Source of the DNA: Podospora anserina
Taxonomy: Eukaryota
Direction: 5' to 3'
Assembly: GCA_017654855.1 (NCBI GenBank)
Contig: CM030333.1
Span: 1,302,001-1,366,000, forward strand
Length of the DNA stretch: 64,000 bases
Each line of letters starts with the position of its first letter. Position 1 is the stretch's first letter. Position numbers and translations under genes: made by a program. This document shows, in pieces, positions 37,306 through 49,829 of the stretch. Under the pieces are notes generated by a model. The model did no database searches and had not been told where the DNA came from. It saw only the letters and a program-made list of their open reading frames with translations.

Positions 37306-39467
37306 AGTCTACGGCCAAGGAAGCCGTATTGAGCTTGGGTGCCTTTGAGAAGACCAAAGGCAGTCAGGCGTAGCGATGGATATCGCTAGCTGTTTCTGTG
37401 AGGCAGGATGCGCGTCAGCATGTGAGAAAACTCCTACGGATATAAACAATCAACAGCGAGCAACCCCGCTGGAAGCTCTTCAGAAAGCCATCCATCCCAG
37501 GTCTGAGACATAACGCATGCCACGAGGCCGAGTGGGTGGGATAGAGCCCAACCCAGCACGGTCGCTTGCGGTCATTGTCACGAGCGGGAGCTCCCAGCGG
37601 TCGTGCGCCGATATCTATCCGCATAGCCGCGGCGAGGAGGTGAAAAATTTGCACTTACTTGGGAGGTGATGGGTGCGCGAACGCAGTAAGTGCAGGAGTT
37701 GTCCAGTGTAGCAATTGATGCCAAGGTCGATGATGTGTTGAGGAAGGAGGACAGTTGGCAAAGGGAAAATCGTGGGAAAGGGGAAGAGGTTCAAGGACGG
37801 GGGTGGAAGGTTTGGAAGCCGGCGTTGAGCTTCTTAATAATGGAGGGGCGCAGAGTGGGCGGGAGGCAGGTGCTTTGGTGGGGCATTTTCGATGGATGGC
37901 TGTGCCTCGATCCTTGATTTGGATTTGGCAGAGCCCACAACAAAAAAAAAACTCCAAAGAGGGCACCGCCTTTTTTTCCACCGGTCCCAGATATTTCGAG
38001 ACACCGCCTACAGATGACAGATGGTGTCTACAGAAACCCTAAGGACCCTCGGCAACCATCTTCCTGTGACCTACCTAGACAAACTCACCTGCTGTCTTTG
38101 GCAAAACATCATATCGCACCTGAGGTGGCCGCGCAATTCCATCAACTTCCCTTCAAGTGTCCCCGCGGCAAAGATGCCATGCTCTGCTGTACTACAGCAG
38201 CATACCTAGCTACCTATCTACAATGCGAGGCCAGGCCGCCGTCCGGTGTTGCTGACGCTCGTTATGCCGGATATCTGGCCGAGGCCGCCGTCTCCTGGCC
38301 CAGTGCAATCACAACTCATGAGATGGTGGGTGGTCTCCTAGCCCGGTGGCGTGCCATCACTCGATCCGCAACTTGCGGTCAGCGAGCCAGTTTCGATGCC
38401 CAAGTTCCATCCCTTCTCCGCTCGTTAGCGGACGCTTATGGTGTTATGCGGGCCCATTGCACCGTTGGTCACGTTCCAGCATGCAACCCATCGCCGATAT
38501 CTTTTCGTTCTGTATCGAGAGAGTCCATGGCCGGGGAAAGAGGAGCGAGTAGGAGCACACTGGAGCCGGTAAAAATCCCGCACCATCAATCAGCCTGCTT
38601 TTGCTCTCTCTGGCATTCCATTGTCTTTGCATCCGGCGGCTATCTTGGCTAAGGAGTGACTGAAGATTTTAGGTACAGCATTCTCCCACGAGCAACTTTT
38701 CTCACCCACCCCAAGGTTTTGATACCAGCAGCCCACAGCCATCCCATGTAGATCTGGCCAATGTCGTCGACGAGCTGCACGTATCCTCTTGGCACACTTA
38801 CTTCTGGTTCCCCGCAGGAAAGGACTCAGACCCTTCATTGGTCTTGCCGACTGTCCCTGTGCCGATATGCTCCCCCCGTGCAGCCAACTGGAAGCCAACG
38901 GGAGACGACCAATGCATTTGACTCATGTGAAAGAAAAAAAAAAGATAAACAGCCACTCGGAGCTGAGCCGCATTTGAACCACCCACTTGAGAAACGTAGC
39001 AACCACAGACAGGTACCTGCGTGAACGTGACGTAGGCGGGGCAAGAAAAAAAAGTAACCACAAGAGTCAGGGGCAACTTCAAACCTCAAAATGAAAAATA
39101 TTAAAATGTACTCTGTTCTTTAGTCCGCAAGTCCAAAGCTGTGGAAGGCGGTTCTGAAAGAACGAGCTCGCGGCGCCAGGTCTTACTCTGGTCCTTTGAT
39201 CTTGCGTTGGTTTGTGGCCTCATAGCTATTGCGTGAAGCAGTGAGGAGTATCGTATCTAAACGCGTGTGTATGGTAGGTAGGGTAGGAGAAAATAAATGA
39301 AATGGAAGCATGAGAAAATGCTAGAGAAGGCTGATGAACACAAGTCATCAGGCACAGGACCTAGAAAATGTCGCAAATGATTCATGTACACCAGCTGGCT
39401 ATCAGAGAAGGGTATCATCGTTCATGTTGTACAGTAAAAATACAAACTGCAGGCCGTCGAAAACTGC

Positions 39468-42400
39468 TTAAGCAGACCCGCCAATGTCCATCTCGTTGAC
39501 GGTCCAAGAGTCATCGACAAAGTCCCGCTTCTCACCAAGGAAGACAAGCCGCTCAGCTTGCTTCTCGAGCGCGCCAACAATATACTTCTGAGCCACCTCG
39601 CGCACTTGATCCTTGGAGACATCGAGAAGCTGCTCGCGCCTCTTCTGCTTCATCTCTTCGGTGATTCCGTACAGGAAGTTGCTCATGCCCTCCTCGTTGA
39701 CAGCCCGGGGCGCATCGACGCCTTGGAAGATGGAAATCTTGGCGTCCTCCAGGTCCCGGTCTGACCACTTCTTGTCAACAGCCCATTGTCCGGCACTGCG
39801 CATGATGTTGATCGTGTTGACCGGGTTGGGGTCGCGGTACGAGTAAAAGCCAAAGATGCCGTCCAGGGCTCGGGAATATGCACCGCCACCGTAGGCGCCT
39901 CCCTTTTCGCGAATCTCGTGATGCAGATGCTTGTGAGTCAAGAGCGACGAGAGCACCTGGAGCGGAGCATTGTCAGGCGATGTGTAGGAGACTGTCGGCA
40001 GAGCGAGCGCGCCATAGTAAACCTGATATGGCAGGGGGTAGAACGATTTGATGTTTCTCGCAAACTGGGTCGCTAGCCTGGCGGGGAAAGTGGCAGGCTT
40101 TTGGGGCACTGAACCCAGGAACTTGGACAGAGCGGCAGTGTTGTTGCTGACGCTTTCAGTATCACAAGTGATCGAAGCCCGAATGTTCCCTGCAAGAGCA
40201 AACTGCTGGATCTGCTTCAACTTGTCGATCACATCGACGAGCTGGTCCGATTCAGGCCGACTTGCCAGGCTCGTTATCAACTTGACTTGCGACAAACCGC
40301 TGACCTGCTCCCGAATGAAAGCATCCCACGACAAGCCCGCTTCAGCTGCTCTGCGGGCATAGGCATGACCAGAAGAGGCAATGTCGTTGACAACGCCATC
40401 AGCACCAGCCTGGAGAAGCTGCCGGATCTGCGGGGCGGCGTCTGGGCTGTCAAAGTTGGTCTCGACAATCAGCTTGCGAAGCAGATCAAACATGACGGGA
40501 ACATTTCTGTCCAGGGCCATGCCTGTGAAAATAAGACCCTCGCTCGCCTGCTTGAAGTCCAACGGGTTCGAGGCTGTGTGATAGCCCACCGACACGCCGC
40601 CAGTCTTCAACTTCATCAGATCCTCCAACTGCTCCATTGTCATGTCCTTGGTACCAAGACGCATGATAGAGTCAGTAAAGAGAGGAATAAGCTGTCGAAG
40701 CTCATCTGGCAGGTTCTCCAACGTGTTGATCGCCCGGAAGTATGTAAGGCCGTTTGTGGGCGCTTCCCGCAACTGAAGTTTGACCTTCTCGACAGTCTCG
40801 TTCCTGAGCCCAACAGGCTCTTTCGATCGTGGAATGTCCTTGACATATACGCTTGGGAGGCAGCTGAGATCTTCAGTGTTGGACTTTCCTTGCTCAGCCA
40901 GCAAAGCCAACTCCTGTGTTTCAAACGCCTTCTGGGCCTGCTCTTCGCCACCGGCAGACTCGACGGCCTGGGCGATCTTGCCCTTCAGCCTGAATTCCTC
41001 CTCCTTGGCGAGTTCCTGGGCAAACACGGGAGATGGGGCCATGGTGAATGTGAGAGTGTTGTCATTCAACAGGTACTTTTTCATCAAGCCCTCAAGGTAA
41101 CCGCCCTTGGCGTAACGCTCCTCAAAGGCAGCGAGGGTGTCATTCCAAGACAACGAATCAAAAGGGTCGACTCCCGTAAACCACTTGGGCTTGAGACGGT
41201 GCAGGAGAGACATGCCAAAATTAGCTGTCTTGTGCTTCAGACCCAATTCCAGCTGGTGCAGGTAGCCATCAATCTTGGACCGCTCAAAGCCCTTATCCCG
41301 CATTTGACGGAGGATATCCTGCACGGCCGTCTTGAGCTTGGGAACATCGGCTTCCTGGACACCAGTCAGACCGATAGAGAAGATTCCAACCTTGGCCGAA
41401 CTGTCGTAACCGGTGTTGGGACTCCAATCGGTGCCGAGGCCACTCTCAATGAGCCCCTTGTAAAGCGGCGAGCCATAGCCATCCGTGAGCAGCGCCGAGA
41501 TCAAGGAGAGAGAGAAGGACTCTACTACATCGGAAGTGTCGCCGAGGACCCAAGAAACAGAAGTCTTGAATTGCTTGCTGGGGTCCACCAGGGGGTCAAT
41601 GGGTCCATAGAGCTTGACTTCTCTTGGGCCGGAGCTCAGGTCGATAGGCCTGTGGTTGGCCAAATCACCTCTGATAGCCTCAAAAGCACCAAGCTGAGCG
41701 TCAACCTCCCGCAAGTGATCTGCCAGAGGCATATCACCATATGTGAAGATCTTGGCATTGCTCGGGTGGTAGTGCTCAGCATGGAACTGCTTGAGTTGCT
41801 CATACGTCAGGTCGGTGATTTTTTGAGGATCACCACCCGAATTGTTGATATCCGGGAAGATGTGGTCCTGGAAGCGGATGTAGAACAGATAACCAGCATC
41901 AGACATCTGGCCCTTCATCTCGTTATACACGACACCCTTGAACACAAGCTTCTTATCCTCAGGCTTAGCTTGCGCCTCACCCGAAGCCAGAGCCTGGGGG
42001 TTCTCCGGTCCAATGCGCCACCCTTCCTGGGTAAAGTCGGACTTCTTGAGCAAAGGGCGCAGTGTGGCATCTAGGTAAACCGACATGAGGTTCTTGTAAT
42101 CCTGGGCGTTGGTCGTGGCGAAGGGGTAGAATGTGTGGTCCGAGGCCGTAAAAGCGTTCATGAAGTTGGAGAGGGTGCGTGGGAGCATCTTAAAGAATGG
42201 GTCACGAATGGGATATCTTTACCCAGTTAGCCTAGCTCCAGCAAGATAGATGTTGAATAGAGTGGCCAGCTACACACTTTTCACTACCACAGAGCGTGGT
42301 GTGCTCCAGGATATGCGGGACACCGGTGTCATCCGGTGGGTTGGTCTTGAAACCGATTGAGAAGACATTGTTGCTGTCGTCTCGCGCAATATGGAGATGT

Positions 42401-42564
42401 TCGGCACCCGTCTTGTCGTGCCGCAGGTGCAGTGCCGTCAGTTCCAGCTCTGGCACATGCTTCGTCCGCAAAAGTGTGAAGCCGTGAAGTTTCTCGCCGA
42501 TCTTGGGAAGCTGCGAGAGCTCCGTGGCAGCCTTTGCGCTGCGTTTGACCGTGTTGCGAAGCAT
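39468..42564 (-). CDS. CYM1: Mitochondrial presequence protease (M16C). Exons 42564-42278, 42216-39468
   Basis: [62 protein letters not shown]. Intron 42217-42277 is GTGTGT..GCTAAC..AAG. Confidence 0.96.
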
Positions 42565-43502
42565 GCTTCCAGGTTGCTACAGTCGTCGTTCGATATTATG
42601 AGGCGGATGCAGCGGACCGGCCGGGTTTTCCAGCTCAGGTAGGTGTGAAGCTGTGCGTTGACAGCAGACCTGCGGCTGTCCTGGAGTCGGGATTTGGGGG
42701 TTGTCGTCGATGTGATCGACTTGATGGAATCAAATGGTTCAATGATGGAAATTCAGAAATTGAACCATCCCGTTGGGCGTGGCGCGTTGGAAGATTGTTA
42801 GCAAGGAACAGTAGTTACTACTGCAGTTTGGGAGATGGGAGAGGTACTAGTATATCGCGCAACGGCCCGACTCGCAACACGTGGGACCGCTGAGTCGGGC
42901 GGGTTAACGTACCGAGTTACAGCGAGGCAGGCGAGGCACAGCGAGGACGAGCTCCACTGTTCCAGGTTTGCCAGCCTGAAGAGTGAGGCTTGTTCGGGGC
43001 AGAACCTGGGGACTAATGCAATTGCGACGACATCCAATTCTGGAGCCACGCAGGAGCAATCTCTGCATTCAACCACGCCGAGCGAGCAATATCACCATCC
43101 CCAAACCTGACGCTGCCCGGATCGCACGAGAGCACACGACACCCCCCCACGGCACCTGGAAGTCTCAGTGAATTATAGAGGAGGCTATAGAGCAGGCAAA
43201 CAATAGCCACCACCGCCCGTGCACGGCGGGACGCATGCAATTTGTGTGACCAGGCGAGCGTCTTCTGTTTGAATTAACCGACACATCGACACTTTCGCTT
43301 CCTCCTCGACGACAAGCCTCCGCGTCACCCTCGTATATCCGTCTTGCTCCCGGTTTTAGGACTTTTGGAATAGCATCAGGTCGAATTCCCGGTTGCGAGT
43401 AGCAACAGCCACAAGTTTGCTGGCTTGGGATTGCCGTAGCCCCGCATCGCATCGTTCTGCCTGCCCAGCCAACCCTAACGCACTCTGAGATCTGTGAGCA
43501 TC

Positions 43503-45329
43503 ATGTCGAACGCCAGCCCCCTCGTGGCCTCACCTGCCGCGACGGCTCCCCGACCAGCTACACCGGCAGCCAACGGAGTTCCGAGTCAACCGCCGCCTGC
43601 CGATACCGTCCCCGTCGCGAATGGCCATGCTGCCCACACGCACGAGAACCGGCCCGCCCCCGCCCCGCCTTCGGCCGCTGCCATGACGGGGAAGAAGGGG
43701 AAGCAGAAGAAGCCGGAGCCGACCGAGGCCTCGAAGCTCATCGCCCAGCGCATTTCCCAGCTCGAACTCGACGCCGCAGGAGAAAAGGATCAGGAGGCCG
43801 AGATTGGTGGGTGTTCACCCTGTTTTCTGTGTGTCTGATGGGGAGGTTTCGCTGGTCGCCACGTTGTCGGGGAAAAAGGCATTTTTTGGGGTTCCTCTTT
43901 GCACAAACCTCACACCCAGGACTACGGGACCACGAAACACAAGCCAGTTATGACTGGAATATGGGCTGACAGAGATCGTACGCAGAACGGGAAGTCAAGA
44001 AGGCCAACAGGGAGTTACACACCCAGACCTCTCGGATGAACGACTTGCAAAAGATTGATCATCTGACGAAGCGATGTTCGGATCTTCTGGCTGAGATGAA
44101 ACGCCACGAGCGAGAAAGCATCAAGAACAAGAAGCGCGGCGACCAGCTCCAGAAGGATAAGGACAACACCCGTACCGAGTTAAACAAGACCACGTCCCTG
44201 AAGGAGAAGCTAGAGAAACTCTGCCGGGAACTTCAAAAAGAGAACAACAAGCTTAAGGTTTGTATACGGCTGTTTCGGTCTGGCAGGACTGAGGGCACTT
44301 TGTGCTGACTTGTCTGCAGAATGAGAATAAAACACTCAGCGATACCCAAATCCGCAGCCAACAGACATGGGACGAAAGGTATTCTGGGTTGCTCCGCAGG
44401 ATGGATGACCAGCAGGAGGAGAAGGACAATCCGCGCAAACAAGTGGTCGACATGAATACGGAAAAGTTGTATGTGCGAACCTTTGCTCGTGGTTTTTGAG
44501 CTCATCGTTGCTTACAAGCGTAGTTTCCGAGATCGCTTCAAGTCCATGATCGACCAATACGAGCTCCGCGAGTTGCACTTTCATTCCCAGATGCGCACCA
44601 AGGAACTCGAGGTCCAGTATAACCTCGCCAGGTTTGAGCGCGAGAAGAAGAACTACGAGGCTGAGCTCACCCGGTCACGCCAGCTTAATGCGCAGGTGCA
44701 GACATTTTCCCAGACCGAATCGGAACTGAGACACCAGCTTAACGTGTATGTGGAGAAGTTCAAGCAGGTATGTTGTCCCTTCTCGCCGGCCACCCAGGGC
44801 GTGTTGGAGTAACATGGTCGCACAGGTCGAGGATACTCTGAACAACAGCAATGAGTTGTTTATGACTTTCCGCAAGGAAATGGAGGACATGTCCAAGAAG
44901 ACCAAGAGGCTGGAGCGTGAGAACGAGACTCTGAAGCGGAAGCATGACCAGGTCAACAGCAACATCTTCAAGATGGCCGAGGAACGTACCAAGAACCTTA
45001 GCGAGGTTGAGGATTTGAAGAAGAAGGTGGACAAGCTGAATGGCATTATCCGGCAGATGCAGCAGCAGGGCCGTGGCATTCCCCAGGGTCTCACCAACCC
45101 TGTTGAGAATGGGTACGCGGAAGGCGACCTCGAGGGTGACGAGAGCGAGTATGAGGATGAGTACGACGAGGGTGAGGAAGATGAGGAGGTCAGCGATGAT
45201 GGGGACGAGTACGATGATGAGACCGAGGACGAGTCGCAGCAGCAGCAGCAGCAGCAGCCTCAGCCTTATGGCCCCGAAAGACCTCCCCCTGCCCCCGCGG
45301 CCACCACTACCACTAACGGTCATCGCTAG
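43503..45329 (+). CDS. Taxilin-family coiled-coil protein. Exons 43503-43806, 43986-44257, 44320-44468, 44524-44767, 44826-45329
   Basis: KEKLEKLCRELQKENNKLK, QYELRELHF, QLNVYVEKFKQVEDTLNNSNELFMTFRKEMEDMSKKTKRLEREN. Four GT-AG introns keep the frame. Confidence 0.9.
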
Positions 45330-46435
45330 GGAGTATGTCGGATAGTGTGGCAGTGAATTATATGCATCTTTCAGCGGAACAAAAGTGCGATTCTCCCCTC
45401 TCTACTTGCTGACTGACGTTGGTGGGCAGTAACTTTTGTACAGTGATGAATTGGTCCATATGCTGTGTCAGTATGTTTGTACTGCCATTTGAAATCGGTC
45501 CTGGCCGGGTCGAGTCAAATAGTTTGTTTGGGTCTTTTGAGTTTGATGATATCATCATGAGCAAGACTTGAGAGTTATGCACCAATTCGACGCCATATCG
45601 TTCTAAACATCTCGCATTACTACCATTGCCCGAGCTTTATGCATATATAGAGTAGATCTACCCCACCAAAGCATCACTTGCTTCAATCCGGTTCCACTTC
45701 TTGCTGCGAGACACTGCATTGTGCCGAGACTCTGTCCACACTTAGCTGTTGTGGCCCCCATATGGGAGAGAGAGCCAGAGCCTGCCGCCGACTTTCCTGC
45801 TGGCCTGCCTACATGCGCTCTATCGTTTTGCTGTTGAAGCTGCCATTCTGAAACAGTGGTTCCCTTTCTTTCTTTCTTTCTTTCCTTCTCTTCAATGTTC
45901 ACCTTTTGCGATCCTGGATCTTCATTCCTCGACGACCGCGCCAATTAGTAATTCGGGCCAGCGTGTACTGTACCTACCGTAACCTGAGATAGACCTTACC
46001 CTATTCTGCCGCCTCCCCAACCCTGGCTTGGAACGAACCGAACCCTTTGTTTGCGCGCGCCTTGCGACGACACAAACTCCGTTCCTGGATTTTTGACGAC
46101 GGGGCTGTTTTTGTTCTTCCTTATTACCATCTATGATTCCTCCGATTGCTTTCGATCCATCGATGCCGATACAACAAAAGATTGTTTGCGCCACTAGGCT
46201 GCGGCGACGGTTTTCTTGAATCATTCGCTGCTGCGCGCCAGGAGGTGTGGTTTATGTTGGAGAGAGAAAGGACAGAGTTGCGAGAGGGATATCATCATCG
46301 TCCGGGTTGGATAGGAAAGGGAATAAATAACTTTCGAATAAAACCAACACACACACACATACACACACACTCAAACCGAAGCTTCTACCCGGCCACTATC
46401 CTGGTTCCCCCGATTTTACACAAAGCGAGCCCAAA

Positions 46436-47854
46436 ATGGCCTTCATTCAGGACCCCCGCATGCGCCAGCGCTGGAACCAAATCTCGCACACGACCGAGGC
46501 CGTCACCGAGACGGCAGCGGCCAACATTTGGACGTTTGGACACACGTACATCACCCCCTGCCTTGGCTCCATCGGCCAGGCTTTGGACTCGTGCACCTCT
46601 GTCTGTCTTGGCGACCGGGAGGACCGCGCGAGACGCGCACGGGAGCGAGACCGTGGCGCGAGGAGGACGAGGGCGGAATACACGTTTGACTTTTATGACG
46701 ATTGGGATGATTACTATGGTGATGTTGAAGACGGTCCCGACCACCGTGAGAATGGTGGGGGGAGTGGTGGTGGCGGTGGTTGGGGGAGGTGGGGGGTGAA
46801 TAGTGAGGATTGGGATAGGTTGTTGGCTGGGACGGGTGCGGTGAGGGGGGGGCAGGGGGAGGAGGTTGATCAGCAGCCAAGGAGGAAACGGGGGATGAGT
46901 TATGGGACTAGTCGGATAAGGAGGAAGGGGACGGGGTTGGTGGAGGAGGAGGATCCGAATGTGATTCCTAGGACGGCGCCGCTGGGGTTCTTGGGGAGGC
47001 TGCCGTTTAAGATTGTGGGGAGTTTGAGGTATAAGCCTTCGGCGGCGAATTTGAGGGAGCACCCTGGTGGTGGGACTTTTGGGAGGGGGGGTGCGGGGGA
47101 TGAGCATAGGCCTTTGCTGGGGGCGCAGGAAGAGGAGCATGATGGGAAGAGGCAGAGGAAACGGGGAGGGGAGGAGTCGAGTACTAGGACGAGGAGCAAT
47201 ACGACGGAGTCGGGGGACACGAGCAGTTCGTATAGGTCAAGAGGGGATTTATTTCCGAGTGATGGGGAGGGGGATGAGGATGCGGTGCCGTTGGATGAGA
47301 ATGAGTTTACGGTTGCGCTGAATAGGGTTGGGGTTGATGATCGGAGTAGTAATAGGACACGGAGCAGCAAGGGGAAACGACCTGCTGATAGGGATAGTAA
47401 GAAGGGGCTGTCGAGGACGGTGTCGAGGACCACGCTTGATTCAGCGTACACGCCAGACTCAGCGTCGCCTTTTCCGACGTATGAGGATGGGGATGCTGTG
47501 CCGTTGTCTATGCAGGAACTGCAACAAGAGGAAGAGCGTGCCAAGAAGGAGGAGGATGAAGAGATTGAGAGGAGGAGGAGGGCAGCAAGCCAGTTGGCGG
47601 TGAAGAGGGGTCTGAGTGTGGATGACTATCAGGTTGAGTCTGAAGACCAGTCACCATGCAACATCAACCAGAGCTTACCAAACTCTGACCCTGACGAAGA
47701 AACCCAACCTGAATTAGAGGCAAAGATACCAGTGGAAGAACCACAAAAACACCAGCAACAACAAGAGCTGGAATTACCTACAGAACCCAAGAAGATGTCA
47801 GAGGTGGATCCGGCGGTTCGGTTTGTGCCCGCGAAGCTGCCTCATTTTGGGTGA
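46436..47854 (+). CDS. Hypothetical protein, largely disordered (472 aa)
   Basis: Intronless ORF with CCCAAAATGG start. Motif-like blocks FDFYDDWD, RGMSYG, LRYKPSAANLREHP and SYRSRGDLFPSDGEGDEDAVPL. Confidence 0.8.
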   Translation: MAFIQDPRMRQRWNQISHTTEAVTETAAANIWTFGHTYITPCLGSIGQALDSCTSVCLGDREDRARRARERDRGARRTRAEYTFDFYDDWDDYYGDVEDGPDHRENGGGSGGGGGWGRWGVNSEDWDRLLAGTGAVRGGQGEEVDQQPRRKRGMSYGTSRIRRKGTGLVEEEDPNVIPRTAPLGFLGRLPFKIVGSLRYKPSAANLREHPGGGTFGRGGAGDEHRPLLGAQEEEHDGKRQRKRGGEESSTRTRSNTTESGDTSSSYRSRGDLFPSDGEGDEDAVPLDENEFTVALNRVGVDDRSSNRTRSSKGKRPADRDSKKGLSRTVSRTTLDSAYTPDSASPFPTYEDGDAVPLSMQELQQEEERAKKEEDEEIERRRRAASQLAVKRGLSVDDYQVESEDQSPCNINQSLPNSDPDEETQPELEAKIPVEEPQKHQQQQELELPTEPKKMSEVDPAVRFVPAKLPHFG

Positions 47855-48548
47855 TCGGACATGATTATTAGCATAGCATTATTACAGAGATGAATGGGGG
47901 AGGGAGGGTCATGACAAATGAGACGATAACGATGAATTCAATGTTTGTACAACGTCTTTATGGGATTACTTGGTAGCGAAAAGGTCAACTTCGGTAGGGA
48001 TTCATGATAGATTTCTAGTGTTTTTATCATTACTATTGATTATTATGAAGCCAGAATGAACCAACTCACCCATCAAAGGCAAATCGGACGGGTTTCAGAT
48101 CCCTACTTCTTCAACTCCGTCCCCAAGAGATGGATCTGACGTTTCAGCCGGAAGCTCACAATTGCCCTACAGTTGGAGATGCCTCGGCAACATGCCCTTC
48201 TTTGAGGCGTCGAGGATGCTTCCCCGCATCTCCCCCCCAGGTTTTGGGTCCTTGGCGGCGCTGTGGGTCCGGGGTAGGGTGGGTTTCCCGCCCTTTTCTA
48301 GACCGTTTTGGGGAGGGAGTTCGTTGATGACGGGGTATTGCGGCAGGGGGAGATCGATCTGGCTGGGTTTGTAGAAAGAATATATTTGGGGTAGATCTTT
48401 CTCTTTTTCTTTTCCTGTTTTTCCTTTTGCCTTGGGAGATATATCCCACTTGTTTTCAACATTTGTCGGTTTTTACATCTAACACATCTTCGAGCGGGCT
48501 CATCTACACTTACACCAACTCACCCACTTTTCTCACTATTCCTACAAG

Positions 48549-49607
48549 ATGGCCTCCTCCGGCCCCATCACCACCCCGCTCACAACCCTCCTGGGAATCA
48601 AACACCCCATCCTCCTCGCCGGCATGGCCCGCACCTCCTCCGCCCCGCTCGCCGCCGCGGTCTCCAACGCCGGCGGTTTAGGGGTTATCGGCGGCTTCAT
48701 GTACACCCCCGACCAGCTCCGCGGCATCGTCACAGAGCTCAAGTCCCTGCTTGCTCACCCCTCCCTCCCCTTCGGTATCGACCTTGCCCTCCCACAAGTC
48801 GGGGGCAACGCGAGAAAGACAAACCACGATTACACCAACGGTAAACTCGACGAGCTGATTGATATCACGATTGAGTCCGGAGCAAAACTGTTTGTCTGCG
48901 CGGTGGGGGTCCCGCCGAAGCATGTAATTGAACGGTTGCACAACGCAGGGATTCTAATCATGAACATGGTTGGTCACCCCAAGCACGCGGTGAAAGCGTT
49001 GGATCTTGGGGTTGATATGGTCTGCCCTCAGGGGGGGGAGGGGGGTGGGCACACGGGGGATATCAGTGGGACGGTGCTTATTCCTGCGGTGGTTGATGTT
49101 GCGAGGAAATACAAACCCCAGATGCTCGACGGGCAGAGTGCTATGGTTGTTGCTGCGGGAGGGATTCATAACGGGAGGGGGCTGGCTGCTGCTTTGATGC
49201 AGGGTGCTGTTGGGGTTTGGGTCGGGACGCGGTTTGTTGCTTCGGTTGAGGCGGGGTGTTCGGAGCAGCATAAGCAGGCTGTTGTCGAGTGCGGCTTTGA
49301 CGAGACGGAGAGAACTTTGGTGTTGAGTGGACGGCCGTTGAGGATGAAGACGAATGATTGGGTTAGGGGGTGGCATGCGAAGCCGGATATGATTAGGGAG
49401 TTGACCGGGAAGGGGGTGGTGCCGATTGAGTATGATCTTGATAACGGGAATGAGATTGATGTGCCTCATCTCATGGGCCAGGTTGCGGGCGCGATCCAAA
49501 AGGTGCAGCCGGCCAGGGAGATTGTCGAGGAGATGGTGGAGGAGGCGGTGCAGATGTTGAGGTTGGGGGGGCAGTATCTTGCCGGAAATAAAGGGTCCAA
49601 GTTGTAG
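48549..49607 (+). CDS. Nitronate monooxygenase / 2-nitropropane dioxygenase family flavoprotein with C-terminal PTS1 (SKL)
   Basis: HPILLAGM, AAAVSNAGGLGVIG, QGGEGGGHTG, VAAGGI, GAVGVWVGTRF, MGQVAG. Ends GSKL*. Confidence 0.93.
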   Translation: MASSGPITTPLTTLLGIKHPILLAGMARTSSAPLAAAVSNAGGLGVIGGFMYTPDQLRGIVTELKSLLAHPSLPFGIDLALPQVGGNARKTNHDYTNGKLDELIDITIESGAKLFVCAVGVPPKHVIERLHNAGILIMNMVGHPKHAVKALDLGVDMVCPQGGEGGGHTGDISGTVLIPAVVDVARKYKPQMLDGQSAMVVAAGGIHNGRGLAAALMQGAVGVWVGTRFVASVEAGCSEQHKQAVVECGFDETERTLVLSGRPLRMKTNDWVRGWHAKPDMIRELTGKGVVPIEYDLDNGNEIDVPHLMGQVAGAIQKVQPAREIVEEMVEEAVQMLRLGGQYLAGNKGSKL

Positions 49608-49829
49608 ATGATAGGGATATGTTTCGGCTGTGTCGTTTTTCAAGTCAATATCAAAGCGTGTAAATTTCTGATCAAGTTCCCCGTACATTTGAATCCTTCT
49701 ATTCCTGAATTTTGAGTGGATTATGTACAATTAAATCAAGAAAAGTCTATACCCTCCGTATGCCCTCTATCTATGTGTATCCTACAGTATCACTACAAAT
49801 CCTTTACCACCAGCTTGCTACAACTGCTT

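Noticed and set aside
38014..38652. 212-aa ORF divergent from ODC
   Set aside because: No recognisable motif or codon bias, and it lies in the GC-rich ODC upstream region. It cannot be supported from sequence alone.
40287..42074. 595-aa plus-strand ORF
   Set aside because: Antisense shadow of CYM1, explained by codon bias. The same applies to long antisense ORFs over ODC, PRS, taxilin and the M16C gene.
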